Below are positions 25,993 through 37,900 of a DNA stretch of 64,000 nt, in pieces (position 1 is the stretch's first letter; each line of letters opens with the position of its first letter). The position numbers and the translations under genes are program-made. The notes under the pieces are model-generated. The model was not told the DNA's origin and searched no databases. It saw only the letters and a program-made list of their open reading frames with translations. Source of the DNA: Phoronis australis (taxonomy: Eukaryota; Animalia; Phoronida); NCBI GenBank assembly GCA_002633005.1, contig NMRA01000076.1, forward strand, positions 434,001 to 498,000, in the 5' to 3' direction.

Positions 25993-28900
25993 ATGACTTT
26001 TGAGTTGCAGCATTTGTCAACATTTTTAGGTGTTAGTTGTGACCATCTACGCTGTGATCCTGTTTCTCAGGTATTAATGCATGCTGCACCTTTCAGTCAT
26101 TTGCACATTACTCCTAAGTCAAAAACACTCGCGAGGAACTTTTCGATTACGGTTGTTCCTTGGCCTGGCTTGAATGAGAATTTTTCGAAAGATGCCAACC
26201 AGAGCGCTCCATTTGGGCGTGTGGTGAATTATAAGTCCCTCGAGCAATCCTCTGTTCAGTTGCTCAGATCGGCAAGTGGACATATTAGTTATTGTTTACA
26301 ATCCGACTCCATTAACGTACATCCCAAAATTGTCTAGTATCAAGGTACCTAAACTACACGGTCAACGGACTCAGTCATAAACACGGGCGCGGACGCATGA
26401 ACACGACTCACGGACCTGCAAACACCGTCCACTGACTCACAAACACGGGAACGGACTCACAAAACACGATCCACACACCCAAATACACGGGACACGGACT
26501 CACATTCACGAGGAAACACGGTTAACGGACCGCCAAACACGGGTCACGGACTCATCGGCTTCCTGGGTCAGCTGACATCTTCATTTTGTCCGTGACCCGT
26601 GTTTGGCGGTCCGTTAACCGTGTTTCCTCGTGAATGTGAGTCCGTGTCCCTTGTATTTGGGTGCGTGGATCGTGTTTTTGAGTCCGTTCCCGTGTTTGTG
26701 AGTCAGTGGACGGTGTTTGCAGGTCCGTGAGTCTTGTTTATGAGTCCGTTGACCGTGTAGTTTAGGTACCTTGAGTATATTGAAGATACCGTGTGGCAAA
26801 TTAGGGAAACTCTGAGTAAGAAACAGTAATAGTCGTTTATAAAGGATTGCCTCTTCAAAGCTTCTTCTTCACAAAAACAGGAGAGTGCATGTTCTCTCGG
26901 ACAAGTGCCGTCCTCGAAAACACTTGACATCTCACGAACATGATTTCAGCTCGTGTTATGGTGATCATGTGTCGTCTCAGAGGCAAAAACTGTTTCTAAC
27001 AAGTGGAATTAAGTAATAAGATAACTAATATCACTGGCAGGCTAAAATACGCGAACGCAGAAACATATTCTGCATCAAACAAACTTCACTCTAGGTTAAT
27101 CCTGCTGAAAAGTGTCTCACTAAATCTGCGTCGCAAGTGAACACCGTGGAAAAACTTGGAAATTATGAATAAGAAGCAACCAATTAGTACAAGTAATACA
27201 TATTTTTGGAATCATCGTGATTAGAGGATTCTGAAAATAGTAGTATCAAGTATGTACGTTAAAAGAGTCTGATTGTAAACAATAACTGCTATGGTTTACA
27301 ATCTGCCATTTTAACTCTGCTTACGCCAGGATATATGACACATATCCCTCAAAACTATTGTGTCCATCCATGCGAAAAGGGTACTTATAGTGCAAACGCG
27401 ACTTTGTCTTTGATGGTGTAATCAGTTTGAGGCATAATTCGCTCAAAAGCTTCCAGCCTATAGCCCTTTCCACATCCGACATCTCTGCCCAGGGCAATGG
27501 TCAGATATAGCGGTCCCTGATTTTGAGAACCAGGATAAACTGGTTCTCAAACTCAGCGACCATTATATCTGACCAGTGCCTCTGCCCAACCCCTAGCTCA
27601 GGAAATGCACAGTAAATTTTGATCTTTTAGAGCATACCTACACCATAAGTATAAAAGAGATGAGCCACTGCATTGCTATAGAGTGTATCATTAACTGAAG
27701 TCTGGGGAGAATTGCAGTCTTGCCACTATGATGTGGCACATTTGGCTATCACTGTGATTGAATGCTGCTGGATCAGGGTCATTCTTAGTCTTTCCCCTGT
27801 CAAAGGTCAAGCAGTAGCCAATCACGCGCATCGTATACAGACATTCTAGTAAGACTGCTTTTGTATAATGTAAAGGTCGCTGACATAACATAAAGTTTCT
27901 ATTAGTGCTTTATTGTCGCGGATTTACAAATCGTAGTTGAACTTGGGACATTTTATACATTGCATAAATAACCCGTGGATGGTGTCTTCCATTCAGTATC
28001 AGCGACATTAAGTTTTGAAAGTAAATTTTGAAAAGGAATTAACAGCAACCTGGCTTTGTTGTGTTGGTTTAGTCAGGGTTAGGCATAATTCGCAGAGAAC
28101 TTGTGTCGTACATGACTGATTAAGATACATTATTGTCCTAAGGTATCAGCCTTAGATGGTGAAACTTGTCTGTGAGAAATGAAAACTTGTAAAGGTCGAA
28201 ATGATCCGCATCAATCTGATGCGTGTGCGGCAGAAAAAATTATATCAGCCAGCAATTGACCTATCGCCAGGATTGCGAGTGGCGGCTTAACTGACCAATC
28301 AGAACACAGCATTCTTGACACACCTTCGTCTGCGTTTCCAAGCCGCCATTTTACCCGACAAACAATACGTTGTCGCATAAAACTTACCTTAGCCTATAGC
28401 TCAAGAAATTGCGTGATAAGAATGTTGATATGGCGTGTGCAGTTCTGACACGAGCACCTGCATGTGGCAATGTTGCTTGATTGCTTGAAGGTTAAACACA
28501 AAAATACATTTGTTCCAAGATACACACTTTTCAGTTTGGTGGCTTATCTGATTTAGACTCTGGAGTTTCACTTGTCTGGCCGCTTTTGTCTCGACACCTG
28601 CTGGGTCTCAGCACTATAGTCTAGCGATAGTCCCTGGAAATTGTTTTGTTTTGTAGCAGAGGTACATTTTTTGTCATTAATATACCTGTAAGCTGGCATT
28701 CATCTGAATTTTCTTTCATAATTGAGAGATTCAATCGGAACAGGGAGGGGTACTGGATTACTGAACTCAAAGCCTTGTTCGAGCTGTTGTCACGAAAAAA
28801 TAAACAATTCAATTACTTTTTTATGAAAACGTTTGGTATACACTTCACCTGTAGAGTTACAGAGAGCTCATTTTGAAGTTGTTAAAACATGATATTTATA

Positions 28901-31900
28901 TTTATGAAGCTTTAAAAAAGGAATTTGAATTATTTTTGTAAATAGCCATTTTTGCCACAACACCAAACTTGTCATTTTTGTAACCATACCACAGTTTAAT
29001 GATCTTGCTATGTTTAAAAGTAACTGCAAGCTACCTTTATGCAGTGAAACTACAAAAGTGCAAAGTTCGTCAGAAGGTAAGCTCAACTTAAATGTCTTAA
29101 TGGTGCAATATTACTTGCATTAATTTGGCTTAGCACAGCCCTAAACCTACCGGAGCTAACTGCTAGCCTTGGACAAGATGAGTGTGTACTTGAGCTATAA
29201 ACCTCAGTTATTTTAATCGAAATATTTCGTTCGAAGATTAGAAAAGCGTAAACAGTGCTATCGACTCGACCTACTTTACTCGGGGAGTCCCACGGGCAGT
29301 TGTGACCTACTTTTCATTTGGCGGATTTTAGGAGACTACAGAATAAAAATATTGCTGAATCTTCACTGTTTTTGTTCAAAAGATCCTAAAATCTATGGTA
29401 TCATACAGATAATTCGACTTCAAGGTACATACCCAGCTTTACATGAACATGTCATGTCAGTGACTTTGTCATTTGTCAGGTGAAGGTGAACCCCCTGTGG
29501 GGTTCTTCGGATTTTCGCTGGCTCCGAAATACTTTTCCTCGAACACTTATTTTTTCATCACCACCTTTGCAAATTCCCACATCATAAACGTATGATTCTT
29601 TGCTGTAAAGCATCGCCTGTTGTCTTTGTCGAAGTGTTTTTGGATAGTGGAAAAAAACACTCATCGATTTCACCAGGAACGTCGTATAGCGACAGTGTAC
29701 TTCCCTCTGACATTTTGTTTGTTTTACGGGTGTCACGTGATTTTTCGCAAGGGGGCGGAGCTTGCAGTAGGTCAGTTGTGTGAATTATCAGCAACACCTG
29801 GATGTAGGGATCAAAAATCACCGATAGGTATTACTGATGAATAAAAAATCATACGATCACGCTAGGCATTGGGATTGAACTTGTTCACTGGGATTGACCA
29901 TGCATCGCCTGGCATGTCCTTTTGTCAAAACTTTTTTATGTATTCTTCTGTTTGATAAATCTTGCCTGTGAGCTTCCAGATTGTTACATAAAATGTTTTG
30001 CTTTTGGTTGCAGCTGGTTCTCATCCAAAATGGCAAGACACAATTAAGGGGCCAATCAGCGGTAGCCAAACATTTGGTTCAAAAGGCAAAGAAGAACAGT
30101 TTGCTTGGTAAGGTTGGATGGATAGACCACAAAAAGGCGACACGGTTGTCTCCTTTACCTGCCTTTACTGTGCATTGAACCAATGTGGAATGAGCTTTTT
30201 GCTAAGTAACAGAAAAGCAATTTACTAAATTCACCATGTTTTTGGAACTAGTTTTTGTATTTCCTCAGAACGAGCGCTTGACTAGTTAAATGTTAGCCAT
30301 TTGCTCAACTGTGACTCTTCTGTTTGTATTCATGCTTTAATGTAATCCTCTCGTATGTCATTTGGGCTACCCGAACAACCTCAGTCTCTGTGTACTGTTC
30401 GTTCATAATGTCCATGGGACGGTGTTGAGACTGGTTTTCCGTTTTGCTCGCATGTTTAAAGTGTAATTTGATTACAGACCTTGGTGTTACGGCTTTCAAA
30501 AACTGAAATCTGTTTAAGCAAACCTAAAATTTCGGGAGATTCTCTTATGTACAACACCAAATTCCCTTCAACTATTTCCAAGTAATGAACATGAAAATTT
30601 GGTCGGATTTGTCTTAGTCTTTTTGCTTCCTTTAATCGTCATCCCCGTTTTAGGTTGCTGTATGCTATGTTGATTGTTTGTCAAAGCAAGAACAACCACA
30701 CCTTCACAAAAATGCACAAGTGCTTGAGAATGTCGATTGAACTTGGGCAAAAACTGGTTTGGTGTAAATTTCATGTTTGATTTTCATCAATTAAAAAACA
30801 AATTGTTAGAATTCTGGAAGCTAATTTAAAACCTCTAATTCTGTGAAAGACATGATTTTGGGAATTCTGCCTTTTTTCGTTAAACCGAAAATCCAAGGTG
30901 TATTTTTGAAATATTTCTTGAAGTATGTTTTTGTTTCTCAGGAACTAGTGCTGTAGACAAGGCATTTCTTGACCAGTGGCTGGAGTATAAAGTAACTGTG
31001 ATCGACAGGAGTCAGTCGAGCGCCGAAATTGAGACCTGTCTTAAGGTAAGAGAAATTGACCTTTGTATACATTTAAGGCGTGCTAGGCAATATACATTAA
31101 TGATGGCATTTGTACAAGTTGATTTAGTCTGCTCTATGCCAAGGTAAAATGGAAACATGAAATGTGTAGTTTGATTTAGTGACGTTTTTATCTTTTCTGA
31201 TTATGGCCGATCATTTTGTTTTCTAGAGACATCGGCACGTTCCCAAAAATAGCTTTTATGTTAGATGTAGATTATTGTTTACTACTGTGGCTGTTGATCA
31301 TTTGAAGGGTTTTCTCACGTTGACACAGTAGTTTTGTGTCATCCACTATTTCATCATGCTAATAATGCAGCGTTTGTTTAACCTGAAATTACAGTACTAG
31401 TCACTTACAGGGGTCCCATATTTTGAGAACCAGTTTTGTCCACTGAATTAAAGGCATAAAACTGGTTCTCAAAGTACAGGGCCTCTGTAAGTGACTGTTG
31501 CTGAAATCATGAGCAGTGCACGTGTTTGTATCGTTATAAAGTGCGGGAATTTCTCTCACGTTTTCTTGTTGCAGAACCTGAACACATACCTTTCGGACAA
31601 GGTGTACTTTGTAGGTCATCATCTGACCCTAGCTGACGTTGTTGTATTCTATGCATCTCTTAGGATAGTGGTGAGCTCTAGTTTTCAGTGTTGATCAGAG
31701 TGGTGGGGTTGGGGAAGTGGAATGGATCAAGTTTACAATACTTGTTTACGAGTTTATTCTCAGAAACAATCTACTAACTCTACACGCTCCATAGTACAGT
31801 CGTGTAAATTCTTTCTCTCCATTGTAAAATCCTTTCTGTGTTAGCCTTGTGTTGTATCGTCTCCATCATCGTTCCTCTCAAATGTTCTAGCATTTTGGGA

Positions 31901-34900
31901 CTAGACCATGATATGTCAATTTGCCTTAATTTTTAACACATTTTTATGCGCCCACATATTTATATGTGGACGCATTATGCCGTCATCTCTGTCCGGGCGG
32001 CGTCCGTCCGGCGTCCGCTGCTCTGTCTCCAAAACCCTTTGACATACATTCATGAAATTTGGCACATATGTTCCATTCATGAATGGGACGGCATGTGCGA
32101 ACTTTCGGATGGATCCGACTACCGGTGTGCCCCCTAGTGGCAATTTTAGTTTTTTACGCTTACCTTTGTATCTTCAAAAGTCCTGAACGGATTTTCATGA
32201 AATTTGGTATGTAGGCACCTAGTAGTGAGATGACGCTATCCTGCCGTTTTCNNNNNNNNNNNNNNNNNNNNNNNNNNNNNNNNNNNNNNNNNNNNNNNNN
32301 NNNNNNNNNNNNNNNNNNNNNNNNNNNNNNNNNNNNNNNNNNNNNNNNNNNNNNNNNNNNNNNNNNNNNNNNNNNNNNNNNNNNNNNNNNNNNNNNNNNN
32401 NNNNNNNNNNNNNNNNNNNNNNNNNNNNNNNNNNNNNNNNNNNNNNNNNNNNNNNNNNNNNNNNNNNNNNNNNNNNNNNNNNNNNNNNNNNNNNNNNNNN
32501 NNNNNNNNNNNNNNNNNNNNNNNNNNNNNNNNNNNNNNNNNNNNNNNNNNNNNNNNNNNNNNNNNNNNNNNNNNNNNNNNNNNNNNNNNNNNNNNNNNNN
32601 NNNNNNNNNNNNNNNNNNNNNNNNNNNNNNNNNNNNNNNNNNNNNNNNNNNNNNNNNNNNNNNNNNNNNNNNNNNNNNNNNNNNNNNNNNNNNNNNNNNN
32701 NNNNNNNNNNNNNNNNNNNNNNNNNNNNNNNNNNNGGTACTGGATTACTGAACTCAAAGCCTTGTTCGAGCTGTTGTCACGAAAAAATAAACAATTCAAT
32801 TACTTTTTTATGAAAACGTTTGGTATACACTTCACCTGTAGAGTTACAGAGAGCTCATTTTGAAGTTGTTAAAACATGATATTTATATTTATGAAGCTTT
32901 AAAAAAGGAATTTGAATTATTTTTGTAAATAGCCATTTTTGCCACAACACCAAACTTGTCATTTTTGTAACCATACCACAGTTTAATGATCTTGCTATGT
33001 TTAAAAGTAACTGCAAGCTACCTTTATGCAGTGAAACTACAAAAGTGCAAAGTTCGTCAGAAGGTAAGCTCAACTTAAATGTCTTAATGGTGCAATATTA
33101 CTTGCATTAATTTGGCTTAGCACAGCCCTGGACCTACCGGAGCTAACTGCTAGCCTTGGACAAGATGAGTGTGTACTTGAGCTATAAACCTCAGTTATTT
33201 TAATCGAAATATTTCGTTCGAAGATTAGAAAAGCTTAAACAGTGCTATCGACTCGACCTACTTTACTCGGGGAGTCCCACGGGCAGTTGTGACCTACTTT
33301 TCATTTGGCGGATTTTAGGAGACTACAGAATAAAGATATTGCTGAATCTTCACTGTTTTTGTTCAAAAGATCCTAAAATCTATGGTATCATACAGATAAT
33401 TCGACTTCAAGGTACATACCCAGCTTTACATGAACATGTCGCGTCAGTGACTTTGTCATTTGTCAGGTGAAGGTGAACCCCCTGTGGGGTTCTTCGGATT
33501 TTTGCTGGCTCCAAAATACTTTTCCTCGAACACTTATTTTTTCATCACCACCTTTGCAAATTCCCACATCATAAACATAAGATTCTTTGCTGTAAAGCAT
33601 CACCTGTTGTCTTTGTCGAAGCGTTTTTGGATAGTGGAAAAAAACACTCATCGATTTCACCAGGAACGTCGTATAGCGACAGTGTACTTCCCTCTGACAT
33701 CTTGTTCGTTTTACGGGTGTCACGTGATTTTTCGCAAGGGGGCGGAGCTTGCAGTAGGTCATTTGTGTGAATTATCAGCAACACCTGGATGTAGGGATCA
33801 AAAATCACCGATAGGTATTACTGATGAATAAAAAATCATACGATCACGCTAGGCATTGGGATTAAACTTGTTCACTGGGATTGACCATGCATCGCCTGGC
33901 ATGTCCTTTTGTCAAAACTTTTTTATGTATTCTTCTGTTTGATAAATCTTGCCTGTGAGCTTCTAGATTGTTACATAAAATGTTTTTCTTTTGATTGCAG
34001 CTGGTTCTCATCCAAAATGGCAAGACACAATTAAGGGGCCAATCAGCTGTAGCCAAACATTTGGTTCAAAAGGCAAAGAAGAACAGTTTGCTTGGTAAGG
34101 TTGGGTGGATAGACCACAAAAAGGCGACATGGTTGTCTCCTTTACCTGCTTTTACTGTGCATTGAACCAATGGGGGATGAGCTTTTTGCTAAGTAACAGA
34201 AAAGCAGTTTACTAAATTCATCATGTTTTCGAAACTGGCTTTTGTATTTCCTCAGAACGAGCGCTTGTCTAGCTAAATATTAGCCATTTGCTCAACTGTG
34301 ACTCTTCTGTTTGTATTCATGCTTTAGTGTGATCCTCTCGTATGTCATTTGGGCTACCGGAACAACCTCATTCTCTGTGTACTGTACATTCATAATGTCC
34401 ATGGGACGGTGTTGAGACTGGTTTTCCGTTTTGCTCACATGTTTAAAGTGTAATTTAATTACAGACCTTGGTGTTCGGCTTTCAAAAACTGAAATCTGTT
34501 TAAGCAAACCTAAAATTTCGGGGGTTTCTCTCATGTACAACACCAAATTCCCTTCAACTATTTCCAAGTAATGAACATGAAATATTGTAGGATTTGCCTT
34601 TGTCTTTTCGCTTCATTTAATCGTTATCCCTGTTTTAGCTTGCTGTATGCTATGATGATTGTTTGTCAAAGCAAGAACAACCACACCTTCACAAAAATGC
34701 ACAGTCAAGTGCTTGACACTGTTGATTGAACTTAGGCAAAACCTGGTTTGGTGCAGGCCTTTATGCAGCCTACGTCCTGGGCGTCCAAATGGAAGCCCTA
34801 GCACTAATCTGGATGGCCAGGGCGCCCCATGTATCATTTGGACGCCCACTGTCAATAGGAACCTTTCAAGTTTGGACTCACACATTGTAATGATTACTAG

Positions 34901-37900
34901 GAAGCCTCTGAAGGCTCACAGTGGGGGCTCTTTTTCAAAGCAGGAACAAATATACAATGTATATGCATTGTTGCTATTTTGACACGTGATTGACAGAAGG
35001 CTGTTTTATAAACTTAGATGTAAAAACCTTGATCTATGCATTTTTTTGTAAAAAAAATCTGTGTGTTTGGGGNGGTGGGGGGTTACGCGTCGGAATCATG
35101 GACGCCCTGGAATATTGGGAACCCCATTTTGGACTCCCTATTTTCAAAATCCTGGATAAAGGCCTGGTTTGGTGTAAATTTCATGTTTGATTTTCATCAA
35201 TTAAAAAACAAATTGTTAGACTTCTGGAAGCTATATGCATATTTGAATTACATTTAAAACCTCTAAGTCTGTGAAAGACATGGTTTTGGGAATTCTGCCT
35301 TTTTTTGTTAAACCGAAAATCCAAGGTGTATTTTTGAAATATTTCTTAAAGTATGTTTTTGTTTCTCAGGAACTAGTGCTGTAGACAAGGCATTTGTTGA
35401 CCAGTGGCTTGAGTATAAAGTAACTGTGATCGACAGGAGTCAGTCGAGCGCCGAAATTGAGACCTGTCTTAAGGTAAGAGAAATTGACCTTTGTATACAT
35501 TTAAGGCGTGCTAGGCAATATACATTAATGATGGCATTTGTACAAGTTGCTTTAGTCTGCTGTATGCCAAGGTAAAATGGAAACATGAAATGTGTAGTTT
35601 GATTTAGTGACATTTTTATCTTTTCTGATTATGGCCGATCATTTTGTTTTCTAGAGACATCGGCACGTTCCCAAAAATGCTTTTATGTTATATGTAGGTT
35701 ATTGTTTACTACTGTGGCTGTTGATCATTTGAAGGGTTTCCTCACGTTTACACAGTAGTTTTGTGTCGTCCACTATTTCATCATGCTAATAATGCAATGT
35801 TTGTTTAACCTGAAATTACAGTACTAGTCACTTACAGGGGTCCCATATTTTGAGAACCAGTTTTGTCCACTGAATTAAAGGCATAAAACTGGTTCTTAAA
35901 GTACAGGGCCCCTGTAAGGGACTGTTGCTGAAATCATGAGTAGTGCACGTCTTTGTATCGTTATAAAGTACGGAAATTTCTCGCACATTTTCTTGTTGCA
36001 GAACCTGAACACATACCTTTCGGACAAGTTGTACTTTGTGGGTCATCAGCTGACCCTAGCTGACGTTGTCGTATTCTATGCATCTCATAGGATAGTGGTG
36101 AGCTCTAGTTTTCAGTGCTGATCAGAGTGGTGGGGTTGGGGAAGTGGAATGGATGAAGTTTACAATACTTGGGGAGTTTATTCTCAGAAAAAATCTACCA
36201 ACTCTACACACTCCATAGTACAGTCGTGTAAATTCTTTCGCTCCATTGTAAAATCCTTTCTGTGTTAGCCTGTTGTTGTATCGTCTCCATCATCGTTCCT
36301 CTCAAATGTTCTAGCATTTTGTGACTAGACCATGATATGTCAATTTGCCTAAATTTTTAACTTCATAATTTCAGTCTTTTATTTCTACACATACCTGAAT
36401 ATTGAATCCTAACTTATACCATAGGATCCTAGCCCTGGAATGCCTACTTCGATCTTGCGCTTTTGTTTGCATTGGTGTGTTCCAGTGTTGGTTATTCTTA
36501 TGGAGTTTGCTCTCACTAAAGCATTTCGCAACTGCGCCATTTTTCATCCAAATTGCATAAGAGTCATATCACTAGAAAGACCTTTGTTAGTTCACAGTGG
36601 TGCATGATTATAGCAGAAGCAAGCAATGAATAATTTAATTCATAAATAATCATCATTTCGCATAGGTGACAGGTTTAATTGTTTTTATTTTAAAAACCAA
36701 AATGCGAAAAATAATAGCGTGTAATAGCATTATGAAAAGAAAATGAAGAACTTATGTAATTAATTAAACCAGCAGGGAAATAATTTCAGTGATTCACGAA
36801 AGTTTTCTACCCTATCAAGACAAACATTGTAGAATATGTATCCCTCACAGTTGCTGTGAAGAATTTAGTCTGGCGTTAATCCAAAACTTTACATATTTGT
36901 ATATTAATTGGACCTTTGGTGCTGTCTGATTGCAGTTCTTCAGTAAAAATTCAGGATGCAGTGACATTTACAAAAGAAACTAATTACTCCAACTAACTTG
37001 TAGCCAAAAAAAGAGTAGTCATCTATTGTGTAGATTTGAAATGAACTGTAGATAGATCATTACTTAAAAGGATATTAAACCCTGTTTTGATGATTTCCAC
37101 CAATCCTTGTCCTGTCACCTGCTAAAGCATCATTGGCGTTAATCTTCCAAGTTAAAAGCTGGAATCACACTCCCTGTCACAGATTAGACATTATGGTCTT
37201 TGGTGGGTGGTCTTTTCCTACAGTTATAGCCGTATAATTCACTAAGAGCGTAGGTTACTCTTGCCCGTTTATCAGACTTTGAAAGGAGTTTTCAAACTTT
37301 TCATCCAAACTTTTGAGGGTTGTCGATGGTTACAGAGCATTATTTTGTTTCTGAGAACTGGATGGGAAAGTTGTTTTTACATGTGTTAATGGGTCAGAAC
37401 TGGGTTTGGTATCCTTTTAAGTTGCGGTGTAGGAGTTTCCATAGTAGTTTGTAAATGAACTCATTTCTTCAGAAAGTAAAAATTAGTGTTCCTGATACAT
37501 GAAGTGTGAGTTAAAGTAAATAAGAGACAGTGGAACACATTTTTACAATTGTTATGCTACTAGAGAAAGTGGATTCTTAAAAATATCAGTATTCATGACA
37601 AAGAGACAAATGAACACCTGTTCTGTAGTTCAACATCCGAGAATGAAAAAAAGGGACAACTGGGTTGAAAAGTGGGACTTCCAGATTTTTAACGGGGCAT
37701 CTGAGTCCATGCTAAAACGCAAGGGTGAAATGTTTGCCACAGCACACAGAAATATTCCGCCAGTGTCTTTGTCGAACAGGAGTGATTTTTAACTGCCGAA
37801 AATCTCTTGTTGAAAAACTGCTAGCATGTAGTTTGATAGGTTGTCGGAAGTGATTCTAAGACTGGAGAATGACCAATGTAATCGTCGGGTTTGTTGGCTA

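Noticed and set aside
28240-28395. Promoter-like CCAAT and GCCGCCATTTT motifs with a minus-strand donor
   Set aside because: Short motifs common in repeats; no linked exon chain identified.
28999-29076. Alternative EEF1E1 first exon (MILLCLKV..VRQK|gtaag)
   Set aside because: Phase-compatible, but 25993-26070 matches the EEF1E1 N-terminus (EL..L..FLG) much better.
32230-32799. Long ORFs of 173-187 aa
   Set aside because: Artefacts of translating the N gap.
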